A program made the translations under genes and the position numbers. DNA of 64,000 bases, taken from the NCBI GenBank assembly GCA_038087875.1, contig CM075989.1, positions 7,132,001 to 7,196,000 of the forward strand, in the 5' to 3' direction. Shown one piece after another: positions 50,290 through 61,768 of this stretch. Origin of the DNA: Malacoraja senta (Eukaryota). Position 1 is the first letter of the stretch. Each line of letters starts with the position of its first letter. The notes under the pieces are model-generated. The model was not told where the DNA came from. It saw nothing but the letters and a program-made list of their open reading frames with translations, and made no database searches.

Positions 50290-50727
50290 GCAACATCAGG
50301 GAAATGAACAGTTGATGTACTGGGTCGAGATCCTTCATCTGGAGTGTGAGAGTAGATGAGATGTGGCCAGTGTTAGGAGTTAGTCGAAGCGGTGTGACAA
50401 GTACTAGCAAGTGATAGGTGGATACAGGTTGACCATAGGGTAAGAGTCAGGTGGGGAGGGAAGGATGGAGATGGTGACGGAGGTTGGGAGTTGATAAGTG
50501 GAGGACAAAAGGCTGCTGCTTCTGCATTTGATAGGAAAGGTGGTGAAGAATAAAACTGAATGAGGGGTAGTGGCAAATGGGAGGAGGAGTAAGAGAAGGG
50601 GAGGGAAGGAAGAGACAGGGTGTTGAGAAATAAGATCGGAAGTCGAGTGTGTGAGAGAGTATCAGGATAGAGAAGAGGAGAAAGAAAGGGACGGGAGATG
50701 CACGGTATCTGAAATTATAGAATACAA
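50290..50727 (-). mobile_element. older Penelope-like element 3' part (ORF end + pLTR)
   Basis: ORF-end motif IVFYNFR and decayed hammerhead CAGATGAAGGATCTCGACCC on the minus strand. Confidence 0.6.
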
Positions 50728-50760
50728 TTGGAGAACAGCATGTCCATGCTATTGCCAAAT

Positions 50761-50855
50761 CAGTCTGAAGAATGGCCCCAATCCAAAACATCACTTATCC
50801 ATGTACTCCAGAGATGCTGCCTGATCCACTGAGTTACTCCAGCACTTTATGTCTT
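50761..50855 (+). mobile_element. Penelope-like pLTR fragment
   Basis: CAGTCTGAAGAA...AAACATCAC...GAGTTACTCCAGCAC. Confidence 0.65.
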
Positions 50856-50863
50856 TCTTTTTC

Positions 50864-51015
50864 TCATCGTTGGGTGGTAGACCACCCAACGGAATACGAG
50901 GTGTTGTTCCTCTAGTTTGCGTTTGGTCTCATCCTGGCAGTGGGTGAGGCCAATGATAGACAAGTTGGTGTCGGAATGAGGAGGGGGATTAAAATGGCTG
51001 GCAACCAGGAAATCC
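50864..51015 (-). pseudogene. Penelope-like GIY-YIG endonuclease C-terminal remnant
   Basis: VASHFNPPPHSDTNLSIIGLTHCQDETKRKLEEQHLVFR, then a frameshift to (L)GGLPPN; matches the PLE V..HF...H...R...E...I..L.T..P.G.N pattern. Confidence 0.8.
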
Positions 51016-51618
51016 AGGCTACAGGAATCTAGAGAGGTGTGTTGACTAGTATTTTTCAGCTCTCTCCAAAGTAGAGGAGGCCCATTCCCACCTGACTGTT
51101 GCCTCCCAATCAATTCCTACTCGCCTCTATCCACCTATTGGTCGCCAGCTCTTGTTTCACCCCTCCCCGCAGCTCTTTGTACTGGCTACTTGCCCTTTAC
51201 CATTTCAGTAGTAAAGGGCAAGTAGCTCTGGCAGTGCGTTCCAGGCACCCCCTACTTTCTGTTAAATCCCTGACGCACTAATCTCATTTATACATCCACC
51301 TTATAATACATAATACATTATACATAATACATTAATACGCCCACTTGATAATACATTTTCCTGCAGCATCTGTCCTTTTTGTTCTATTCCACTTGCTCCA
51401 ATTGTAGATATTGGTTAAAGGTTAAATATCAGCCATAATATCAGGAACAATGATTTGATTCCAAACAAAGACTCAGTTTCACATCTCATTGGAAAAACAG
51501 TACCTTGCATTCTTATGATTCCAGCATGCCTCCCTGGATTATGGGTTTAAGCCTTGGTAGTAGAACGGTTCACATCTTCATCAGGATACTTGACCAGGAA
51601 ACAGAAACATGGTTCAAT

Positions 51619-51933
51619 GTTTAGTTTAGAGATACAGTGGGGAAACAGGCCCTTCGGCCCACCGAGTCTGCACCGGCCAGTGATCACCCGAACACGAGCA
51701 CGACCTTACACACAAGGGACAATTTACAATTTTTACTGAAGCCAGTTAATCTACAAACAGTCGAACCTGTACGTCTTTGGAGTGTGGGAGATAACTAGAG
51801 CACCTGAGGAAAACCCACGTGGTCACGGGGAGAACGTACAAACTCCATACAGACAGCACCCATAGGCAGGATCGAACTCGGGTCTCTGGTGCTCTAAGGC
51901 AGCAACTCTACCGCTGCGCCACCATGCCGCCAA
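51619..51933 (-). mobile_element. HE1-like SINE with 10-bp TSD
   Basis: ATGGTTCAAT at 51609-51618 and 51934-51943. Confidence 0.9.
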
Positions 51934-52017
51934 ATGGTTCAATTTTACTTTATTGTAAATTTCCTTTTTAACATACAGTTCAATGAAAATCTTTTAAACC
52001 ATTTGCTGGTTTCGACT

Positions 52018-52155
52018 GAAGGTAGACACAAAATGCTGGAGTAACTCAGCGGCACCGAAGTCTGAAGAAGGGTCTCGACACGATGCGTCACCCATTCCTT
52101 CTCTCCAGAGATGCGGCCTGTCCCGCTGAGTTACTCCAGCTTTTTGTGTCTATCC
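52018..52155. mobile_element. Penelope-like inverted pair with hammerhead variant
   Basis: CTGAAGAAGGGTCTCGACACGATGCGTC at 52062 (GAAA box mutated). Confidence 0.7.
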
Positions 52156-52677
52156 TTGGGAGGGATAATCTGTTGGCTGCAGGAGTCTGCTTTGCTTGCA
52201 CCAACAGCACTTGGCAGGGAAGTTCAAGGTACTGCAGTTGCTATGATGCATTTATGCTGCAGCAATTTTATTTTTTGATAAGGGAATGGGGAAGAATAGC
52301 CTCATGATGTCCTAAGGGTTGGCTAAACCATGGGGGGAAATTCCATCATGCCTTTGTCATGCATGACACAAGATCGAGGCCTCAACCTCCCTGCTGATAA
52401 CAGTATGGTGGAGTCACTGCAATGGCCAATAAATACTGGTTGCTCATCCAACAATAACAAATTCCGAGTACACAGCTTTCCTTTCCTAGAGGAACCACCA
52501 GGCGTTCCCGATGATCCTGGAAAATCTGCCTAAAATAAAACCACATTACCCAACAGATATATTTTATGTGCGTTCCCCATCTATCTGGGGATCGAGTTAT
52601 TGGCAACCACAGGCTATTTTTGGTCACCTAAAGATTTCAGAAGTTATATTCGGTGATCATTTTCGGTTTGAAAGTTG

Positions 52678-52947
52678 AGTTTAGTTTTGAGATCCAGCGC
52701 GGAACTTCGGCACACCCATTCCACACTGAACAGCGATCCCTGCACATTAACACTATCCTACACACTAGGGACAATTTATAATCTTTACCAAAGCCAAGTG
52801 ACTGACCAACTTGCACGTCTTTGGAATGTGGGAGGAAACCGGAGCACCTGGTGAAAACCCATGCTGTCCTGGGGCGAACGTGCAAACTCTGTATCGAGAG
52901 CACCGTTAGTCAGGCAGCAGCTCTACCCCTGCACCACTGTGCCGCCC
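52678..52947 (-). mobile_element. HE1-like SINE
   Basis: V-domain, tail. Confidence 0.82.
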
Positions 52948-53534
52948 TCAATATTAGGTTTCAAAATATTGAGTTGAAAAAGTATAAATACTCTTCTCAG
53001 CATTGTGTTCAAATGCAGTTGCACTTGGACATGGATGGGTGAGAGAGAGAGAGAGATGCGTTTCACACTTTGAAGGTAATTGTGGATCTGAAAGGCCTCA
53101 CTAATACGGGAGTCAGGCAGCTTCTGTGGAGGGAAGCAGATTCTGCCTGGTCCCACTGAGTTCCTCCAGCTGTTTGTTATTCACTCAAGATTCCAACATC
53201 TGCAGTCTCCTGTGTTAGCAAAATGGGATTGGCAGACTGATAGAACCACCAATTTGGAATATGTTCCACTTATCCATTGCTTATTGCAAATTGCACCTAG
53301 ATGCAAGTTCACTGTGAGTTATATCTGGGTTTGAGACTCCCAGTCATGTGAAAGCTACAAAATAGCAGATGCGAAACAGATGAACAAACCACAGACATCT
53401 GATGTTTATTACAGATGATAATACCAGTATTATTTATATTCCTCGTTAGTTCTGTATCTTTTTCTCATAGAAGAAGCAGACTATAATACTCATATTTGAC
53501 CGGAAGTGTGTGTTTGGGTGTCTATTCATACTAC

Positions 53535-53805
53535 AGGGTAGAGTTGCTGCCTTACAGTGCCAGAGACCTGGGTTCAATCCTGACTACGGGTGCTGTCTGT
53601 ACAAAGTTTGTACCTTCTCCCTGTGACCGCGTGGGTTTTCTGCAGATACTCCGGTTTCCTCCCACACTCAAAAAACATGCAAGTTTGTAGGTTAATTGGC
53701 TTCTGTAAATTGTCTCTAGTGTGTTGGATAGTGTAAGGGTGATCGCTGGACTTGGTGGCCTGTTTCTACGCTGTATCTCTAAAGTCTAAAGTAAACTAAA
53801 CTAAA
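53535..53805 (+). mobile_element. HE1-like SINE
   Basis: B box, V-domain, tail. Confidence 0.85.
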
Positions 53806-53982
53806 CAGGTGAGGTGAGGCTATCTAATAAAATTGGCTTTTGAGTCTTGGTGTTAAGCAGGTCAATTAAAAAATATATATATTATTCAGGAGAAAAAATA
53901 GAAACAAAACAAATACTGTACAAAAGCTCTTCATATATTCTCATTGTCTATCCACTCAATAGTGTCATACTCAGCAGTGTTA

Positions 53983-54312
53983 AAGCCCTGTCCCACGGTA
54001 CGAGTCCATTCCAAGAGCTCTCCCGAGTTTGCCCTGATTCGAACTCGGAGATTTACGGTAATGGCCGCTCGTCGGTACTCGGGGCTCTCGTGAAAATGTT
54101 TCATCATGTTGAAAAATCTTCACGAGTCTTCCCGTGCTTACCTGCCGTTAGCGAGTCTTCCCGAGTACCTGCCGTTAGCGTTACGAGTCCCTAAGAGACG
54201 TCCCCGAGCTCTGACGTACCCGCTACGTTCATTCTCCGTGCTTACCACGAGTTTGATTTTTTTTAAACTCGGGAGAGCTCTTGGAATGAACTCGTACTGT
54301 TGGACAGGGCTA
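53983..54312. mobile_element. PIF/Harbinger-like MITE, subfamily A (330 bp)
   Basis: TIRs, TTA TSD, nearly identical to 57641-57970. Confidence 0.92.
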
Positions 54313-54954
54313 TTAGCATCTATCTCCCAAGAAAAAACACTCTTACCACTCACGTGGTTATCTGCGATGATATCCTTTTCCTTGTTTGAGGGGTGTCTCC
54401 ACCAGACCCTGCCCCTCAATGTCCAGCAGCCGAAGGACCCTAGACTGTGGTCCTCCCCCCACAGAGCCTTCACATTGGCAGTTAAATGGGGCAGATCTTT
54501 GGGTTTTCTGACTTTGACCATCATTTTCATGGATGAAGACTCTCAGACTCATGAGACAGATTAACAAGGAGCTTTCCCAGTATTTCAGGCAATCTTTCAC
54601 TCAGCTCCCCCACCCCCTTACAATCCCCCCCCTCCCCCAATCCCAACCAACGAAACAATAGATAAATCAGTCATATGTGATTAAAGGTTGTGGGATTTAG
54701 TTGACTGACAATAGATTTTGTATTTGTGAATGTAAGAGTGAGGGTTCAAAAACAGCTCACTGTATGTGAAATACTTTGACATGCTTTAAATAGACATGAT
54801 AAGGAGCTATATTAATAGATTCTTCCTTTGTACCTCCTGAGGATCGCTGGTTAGGGATATGTCCGTGTGTATGGTCGGAGGGTCATTGAGTGGCCTTTTG
54901 TTTTTCTGTAAGAAAAGTGGGTTCCGATTTAATATGAAGGTGTAATCCGAGCCG

Positions 54955-55250
54955 TTGCTGCCAGTGCAGTGTTGAGACACAGCGGTGTGGTCAGGGGTGA
55001 TGTCTTTCAGATGAGATGTTAAGTTGACGCCACATCTGCTCTCTCACAAGCGGAAAAGATCTAACGGCATTATTTGAAGAAGCGCATTTGGTCTGATGTC
55101 CTGGCCAATTTCACCCCGCAACCACCACCCGCTGAAACAGACTATTTATTCATCATCACATTGCTGTTTCGTGAAGACTTGTCATTGTAAATTGCCTTCA
55201 GGGTTTAATAAATTGCAACAGTGGCTGCACATCAACTGCAACTTATTTAT
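54955..55250 (+). mobile_element. Deu-domain SINE relic (SacSINE1/AmnSINE1-like)
   Basis: GTCTTTCAGATGAGATGTTAA...AAAAGATC...GGCATTATTTGAAGAAG...TGTCCTGGCCAAT...ATCACATTGCTGTTT resembles the Deu core as I recall it. Confidence 0.65.
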
Positions 55251-55278
55251 TCATTCATAAGATGTGGACATTGCTGGT

Positions 55279-55366
55279 GAGATAGATACAAAAAGCTGGA
55301 GTAACTCAGTGGGTCAGACGGCATCTCTGGAGAGAAGGAATAGGTGACGTTTCGGGTCGAGACCCT
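55279..55366 (-). mobile_element. Penelope-like pLTR fragment (3' half of hammerhead intact)
   Basis: Minus strand AGGGTCTCGACCCGAAACGTCACC. Confidence 0.7.
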
Positions 55367-55386
55367 GTCTCCATCGCTGATTGCCC

Positions 55387-55895
55387 TTTTTTTATTTATT
55401 TATTTATTTATTTATTCCGAACAAGTAAAGACATTAAAGACATTGATATTAACAAAATCGAAATTATCAAACAATTGAACATTGCAATCAACATTTACAA
55501 TTGAGAAGAACAAAATCAAGGTTCCAATGTCCAACTCAGAGTCTGTACAAGCTCGAAAAGGAGTGAGAAGAAGAATAACTTATTAAATCTCACCCCTTTT
55601 CCCCAACACTTCTATCGTATTTAAAAATCAATTCCTTACTAATAATAGTACTGCCCTAGGCAATTTCCCATAATACATACAGACACTTATATACATACAA
55701 CTATTATGTACATACAATCTTCATATTTGAAGTACCCAACATCAGTGAACAATAGTAAACAAGATAAACATCAACAATATTAACAAGATAAACATCAACG
55801 ATTGTAAACAAGATAAACATCAACCCCCACTTGTCAACCATCCCCTCCATCCCTGTACCCCTTGAGCATTATTTTTTTATATATCATTTTAAAAT
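55387..55895 (-). mobile_element. LINE 3' UTR with (AAAT)n tail (L2/Crack-like); includes three ~23-bp tandem units at 55757-55824
   Basis: Tail plus AT-rich UTR; clade uncertain. Confidence 0.45.
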
Positions 55896-56045
55896 GATTC
55901 ATGATACCCCTTGAACTGAAGTGGTTAAGAGTCAACCACATTGACTCACAGAGGCCATGCCAACGTATTCTTGAACTTGGATAGTGCTGGAGTAACTCAG
56001 CGGGTCAGACAGCATCTCTGGAGAAAAAGGATGGGTGATGTTTTT

Positions 56046-56745
56046 CAGCGGTAGTTGTTGTCCCACAGCGCTGGAGACCTGGGTTCGATCCTGACCTTGG
56101 GGTATAGTCAGTGGGGAGTTTGCACATTCTCCCTTTGACCACATGGGTTTTCTCCGGGGACTCCAGTTTCCTCCCACATCCCAAAGAAATGCAGGTTTTA
56201 GGTTAATTGGCTTCTGTAAGTTGCCGCTCGTGTGTAGGACCTGGAGCTGGTGCAGCGGGGTCCGGAGCGGAGACTGCGGGACCTGGAGCTGGTGCAGCGG
56301 GGTCCGGAGCGGGGTCCGGAGCGGAGACTGCGGGACCCGGGGCGTTCCGGCTTTCGGCGGCGGTGACATCACCTCGGAGGTCCGCTGGACTGGAGGGCGG
56401 CATCTTCGGCCTGGATCGATCGCCTCAGCGCAGAGGGAGAACAGGGAGGGAAGAGACGGAGACTAAGACTTTGCCTCCATCACAGTGAGGGTGTGCTTGG
56501 TGAACTCACTGTGGTGGATGTTTAATTTGTGTCTATTGTATGTTTTGTTATTATTGGTTCTGTGTATGACTGCAGGCATTACAATTTCGTTCAGACCGAA
56601 AGGTCTGAATGACAATAAAGGAAACTTGAACTTGAACTTGACTTGAGGATGTGAGAGTGGGATAACATAGAACTAGTGTGAATGGTTAATCAACGGTCAG
56701 GGTGGACTAGGTGGGCCGAAGGACCTGTTTCCATGCTGTAATCTA
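56046..56745 (+). mobile_element. HE1-like SINE interrupted by a GC-rich retroposon
   Basis: Head and V-domain to ~56238; 3' part resumes at ~56646. Confidence 0.8.
56238..56645 (+). mobile_element. GC-rich retroposon with 42-bp tandem duplication and (AACTTG)n tail
   Basis: Shares the CCATCACAGTGA hairpin with the 3085/24096/28165 family; terminal stem-loop TTCAGACC-GAAA-GGTCTGAA. Confidence 0.7.
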
Positions 56746-57184
56746 AACCTGGTCTTGTAGCTACAGTCTTCAGTGTCATCTTGCAGGTTTATTTCTGGTG
56801 AATGGTGACCCTCTATGTGTTGCTAAGGTCTGTCCCCAATGCCCTGCTTGGTGTTGAAACTCTCTTTGGTTGGGGATGGTCAAAGTCTGGCACTTCTTTG
56901 ATGCAAATATCATATGGTACATATCAGTGCGTGACTGAATATGGTCCACGCCCTGCTGCCCAGGGACAAGGAGTACATCATTTGCTGGGGATTGTTCAGC
57001 AACTGTACACAGTGCAATCAGCAGCAAACATCCCCTCTTCTGAGGTGACAGAAGAAAGCTCACTGATGAAATAAACACAGCCTGATTGATGCATCCTCAT
57101 ACATCACAAATGCAGCCTCATCCCCATAAATCATACAACATTGCAGTGAGCACCAGTTCTCTCATTATAGCCTCTGGGTACAGA

Positions 57185-57450
57185 GACGAGGGAGGGATGT
57201 GAGAGAGAAAGAGAGAGAAATAAAGAGGGAGGGAGAGGGATAAATAGAGATACATAGAAAGAGGGAGAGGTGGGGAGGGAGGGGGAGAGAGGGAGGGGGG
57301 AGCGAGGGAAGGGGAAAGGGAGGGGAGGGGAGGGAAAGGGAGAGGTAGAGGAGGGGAGGGGGAGGGAAGGGAGAGGTGAAGATGGGAGGGGATGGGAGAG
57401 GTGGGGAGGGGGAAATATAAATAAAGAGAGGGAGGGAGGAAGAGAGGTAA
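57185..57450. repeat. polypurine (GA-rich) low-complexity tract
   Basis: Seen directly in the sequence. Confidence 0.9.
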
Positions 57451-57640
57451 AGAACAAGTAAATGACGGGACAGAAATATAAGAGCTGGGAAGTCACAGAC
57501 ATGAAAGCTGTTGGTGCATTTCTGAAGTATACATGATAGGAGAAAGAAACATCCTTGAGATAATAAGATGAGAAAATAGAATGTAACATATCCATTTTTT
57601 ATTGGACTGCATAAGCAGAAGCTAATGAACATTGCCTTTA

Positions 57641-57970
57641 AAGCCCTGTCCCACGGTACGAGTTCATTCCAAGAGCTCTCCCGATTTTGCCCTGATTCGA
57701 ACTCGGAGATTTACGGTAATGGCCATTCGTCAGTACTCGGGGCTCTCGTGGACATTTTTCAACATGTTGAAAAATCTTCACGAGTCTTCCCGTGCTTACC
57801 TGCCATTAGCGAGTCTTCCCGAGTACCTGCCGTTAGCGTTACGAGCCGCTAAGAGACGTCCCCGAGGTCCGACGTACCCGCTCCGTTCATTCTGCGTGCT
57901 TACCACGAGTTTGATTTTTTTTAAACTCGGGAGAGCTCTTGGAATGAACTCGTACCGTGGGACAGGGCTA
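57641..57970. mobile_element. PIF/Harbinger-like MITE, subfamily A (330 bp)
   Basis: AAGCCCTGTCCCACGGTACGAGTTCATTCCAAGAGCTCTCCCGA and its inverse, TTA TSD. Confidence 0.92.
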
Positions 57971-58062
57971 TTAAACTTACCATTCACAATGGTAAGACAC
58001 AGCCTGCAGCATTCAAGTTCAAGTGCAAGTTGACATAAACCAACAGGCTATGTTGTGTAAGA

Positions 58063-58116
58063 GAGGTGGGAGATTGCAACCTTCACGTGGTCCACCCTGT
58101 TTCGACTAATGCAATC
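58063..58116 (+). ncRNA. HDV/CPEB3-like self-cleaving ribozyme fold
   Basis: P1 GAGGTGG/CCACCCT with G+1:U wobble, J1/2 GA, P2 GATTGCA/TGCAATC, P3 ACC/GGT, L3 TTCACGT, J1/4 GT, mini-P4 TTCGA, J4/2 CTAA. Confidence 0.8.
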
Positions 58117-58204
58117 AACCCGACATGCACAAACAAATAGATCAAATAGAACAAGTTGTCCTACAACTTTAGGCTGTGCACGCCATACGCAAGAAGAAGA
58201 AGAT
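58063..58204 (+). mobile_element. short AAG-tailed retroposon, family A, headed by an HDV-like ribozyme
   Basis: TSD TTGTGTAAGA at 58053-58062 and 58205-58214, (AAG)4 tail. Confidence 0.85.
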
Positions 58205-58206
58205 TT

Positions 58207-58406
58207 GTGTAAGAAGGAACTGCAGATGCTGGTTTAAACCAAAGATAGACACAAAATGCTGGAGTAATTCAGCGGAACAGGCAGCATCTCTGGAGAGAAG
58301 GAATGGGTGACATTTCAGTGTCTCGACCCGAAACGCCACCCATTCCTTCTCTCCTGAGATGCTGCCTGTCCCGCTGAGTTTCTCCAGCTTTTTGTGTCTA
58401 TCTTCT
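58207..58406. mobile_element. Penelope-like inverted pair
   Basis: ~75-bp complementary arms AAGATAGACACAAAATGCTGGAG...CTCCAGCTTTTTGTGTCTATCTT. Confidence 0.75.
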
Positions 58407-58983
58407 ATAAATCTTAATTTGTTCTATTGTGAATTAGAATCCTAACCCCAACAGACTGGGAAGGTGCCAAGGAAACAGCAGGGGTTCTGTACGAGGGACA
58501 AGAGAAAACTGGAGCAAGATCAATGTCTAACAAAAGCTACGCATAATATACTGCTGGTGGTAGATAACATCATTGACACAGGAAGAGGTTGAGCAACTGA
58601 ATCCTTGGCTGGGAGGCATACATGGGTTGAGAATGTTTACTCAAAACGTTGGAAATTTAATAGAAGTTCACCATTCGATTCTATTTTCCGTAGACCACAA
58701 AGTTTAAATGAGAACAGCAAAGTGAAAAATGATGAAGGGAATGTTTTGGTGCACGGTCGAAGATAGATGGATAAACATACACCATAACTGGAGAAGTTGA
58801 CACAAACGCTGAGGAGTAAAAGAAAATTGGAGGTAAAGAGAAAGGGACATCCAATGGTCTGAAATGGAGTGAAAGACTCGCAGAGTTATTCAGATAAAAA
58901 TATATTGAAGATTTGGAAATTAAACTCTTGGAAACCATTCAACCTTCAAGAGAAGATTCACATATTCTGATCAATGGATCAAC

Positions 58984-59278
58984 TTTAGTTTAGTTTAGAG
59001 ATACAGCGTGGAAACAGACCTTTCGGCCCATCAAGTCCGTGCCAACCAGTGATACACTAGCTCCATCTTATATACTAGGGACAATTTACAGAAGCTAATT
59101 AACCTACAAACCTGCACGTCTTTGGAATGTAGGAGGAAACCTGAGCACCCGGAGGAAACCCACGCGGTCACAGGGAGAACGTGCGAACTCCACACAGGGA
59201 GTACCCGAGGTCAGGATCGAACCTGTGTCTCTGGCGCTGCGAGGCTGCAACTCTATCGCTGTGCCACCATTGCCGCCC
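58984..59278 (-). mobile_element. HE1-like SINE
   Basis: Head to tail. Confidence 0.88.
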
Positions 59279-60334
59279 CTCTGACTCTCTTTTCATCCCA
59301 CGGTCTTCACTCTGAGAAACTGCAGATTTATTGGGAATATGCCTGGGAAGAAAGTGTCATAATTACAAAACATAAACAGTAACAAATAAAGTGAATGCTA
59401 GAAATCTGGATCAAAAAAGCAGGAGCCCTAAACAGATCAGACAGTGTTACCAACTGCAAGAGAGAAACATTTGATGGCCTGTTTGTGATGTTTGGAATAG
59501 CTTGCTGATTAATTATTGCTTGTCTTGCATCATATTCCCGTTAAAGTTCTCATAATAGAGTGAAAAACTCTGGTAGTGATTAATCTGAGCTGGTTTTTTG
59601 ATATGCTCCCTCTGGTTTTGATATGTTCCCTCTGCCTTTGAATTCTCACAGGCGTGCATCCAACTAATCTTGTGTATTCCAAAGGCACAGCATTCCTTTG
59701 AAAACCCTCACATCTCCACAGGCAACATACTGTACCACGGTGTACTGGCAATTCATTGACTGGCTTGGAAATGGTAAATAGAGGAAGGCTTTTCCTGTAG
59801 GCAGATGCATCAAGGCTTCATTGTTGAGCCAAACGATCTCTTTCTGTGCCTGTATGCCTCTATGATTTGCACTGTGGCTGCCATAACTCCTAGTTTTATA
59901 TTCAGTAACTGATATTAAAGCTCATCCAGACAAACCTTACTTTAATGTACGTTCACCCATTTTCTTCCCTCTGGGGATTCTGGCCGGCGATACAGCTGTT
60001 CATGTGGGAATCTCCAGTTTGTGTCAGCAGGGTATACAGCTGAGGAACTTACTTGGCCTTTGCCAGATCTTAACGAAAGTGTACCGAGGCATTCCAGCGT
60101 GATGTTGAGCGTGAGGGAAGGAAATGAGAAAACAAAGGGTTAAGGGCAATAATGTAGCATTAATTGCATCACTATCTCAAAATAAGATAACTATCTCATA
60201 ACTAGATAACTCATGTTATCGTCGTCTACAATAGGCCACCACCAATTGCATAACTGAAATGACCCTCAGTTACAATTTCTACAAAGCCCAACAATGACTT
60301 TGAGTGGGGCCCTTTATTAGGGAGAGGTTTTAGC

Positions 60335-61603
60335 TCCCTGAAAGTGGTAACACACGAAGATAGGATAGTAAAGAAGGCGTAGGGTATGCTTGTTTTCCTC
60401 AGACGCGCCATTGAGATTGAGAATCAGGAAGTCATGTTGCAGCCTTGTAGGATTTTGTTTCGGCTGCATTTGGAGCATTGCGTGCAGTTCTGGTTGCCCC
60501 TTGCCCATGTACAGGAAGGATGTGGAGGCTTTGGAGAGGGCACAGAAGAGACTTACCAGAATGATGCCTGGATTAGAGGGTATTGGCTATAGAGAGAGGT
60601 TGGACAAAGTTGGATTGTTTTCTCTGGTACGTCAAGAGTGTTTAATTATCACATGTCCCGGACAGATCAATGAAATTCTTACTCGCAGTAGCACAACAGA
60701 ATATTGAAACATAGTACTCTATAAATAATATAATTAACAAAAAAAACACGTGTATATGTAGGTATATATGTACAAATTTGTGGATATGTATATATGTATT
60801 TGTGTGTGTATATGTGGGTGCGTGCATGTGTGTATATGCATAATATATATGTATAATGAATGTATATTAGTACAAAAATACAAAGTTAGAGGTTGAGTGG
60901 AGACCGTAGAAAATTATGAGAGGCTTATGGGCCCTGTCCCACTTACGCGACTTTTTCGGCGACTGCCGGTACCCGTCATAGGTCGTCACAGGTCGCCGAA
61001 AATCTTCAACATGTTGAAAATCCAGCGGCGACCAGAACAAGGTACAACTCTTTGGGCGACTACTCACGACCATACAGGCTTCACCCCATGACATGTCGCC
61101 AGGGTGTCGCCTGTATGGTCGCGAGTCGTCTCCTCAGTCGCCCAAAGAGTCGTAGCGTCTTTCTGGTCGCCACTGAATTTTCAACATGTTGAAAATTTTC
61201 GCCGACCTGCAACGACCTTTGACGGGTGCCGGCAGTCGCCGAAAAAGTCGCGTAAGTGGGACAGGCCCAATAGATAGGATTGATGGTCAAAATATTTTAA
61301 CTCCAGGGTGGAAATGCCAAAGACTAGGAAGCAGAACTTTAATGTGAGACAGGTAATGTTTAAAGAAGATGGGCAGGGAAAGTTATTTTTTGAGCAGTGG
61401 CGATTGTCTGGAACCTGCTGCCAGGGGTAATGGTGGAGGCAGAGACGATGGTAGCATTTTAAAGGCTTTTAGACAGGCAAATGGATATACAGGGAATGGA
61501 GGGGTATGGAACACGTGCGATGTGAGAGTTTAGTTGAGCTTGGCATCATGTTTGGTACGATATGGTCCTTTTCCTGTGCTGTTCTTATTCTAGGTTCTAT
61601 GTT
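60335..61603 (+). mobile_element. CR1 3' fragment interrupted by a Rex1-like tail (~60630-60870, minus) and a MITE
   Basis: HLEHCVQFWLP..YRKDVEALERAQKRLTRMMPGL; KIMRG|IDR rejoins across the MITE. Confidence 0.85.
60928..61269. mobile_element. PIF/Harbinger-like MITE, subfamily C, near-palindromic
   Basis: ~95-bp inverted arms, two TTCAACATGTTGAA palindromes, TTA/ATA flanks. Confidence 0.9.
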
Positions 61604-61768
61604 TTATGTACAATCCAAGGCAGTTTGCACTGTGGAATAGTGTGAAGAATGGCATTTCACCAGAAGCTCTGCCAATGCAAAACTGGGAGAGGAAGTCAAG
61701 AAGGATGGGGATAGCGGAGCATGTGGAGATTCAGAAGCAGAATGCTCTCACCGCAGATCAAGTCCTTA

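Noticed and set aside
53480..53530. Possible second Helitron 5' fragment
   Set aside because: Only a short, weak resemblance to 47935-47974, with no matching 3' CTAG end identified.
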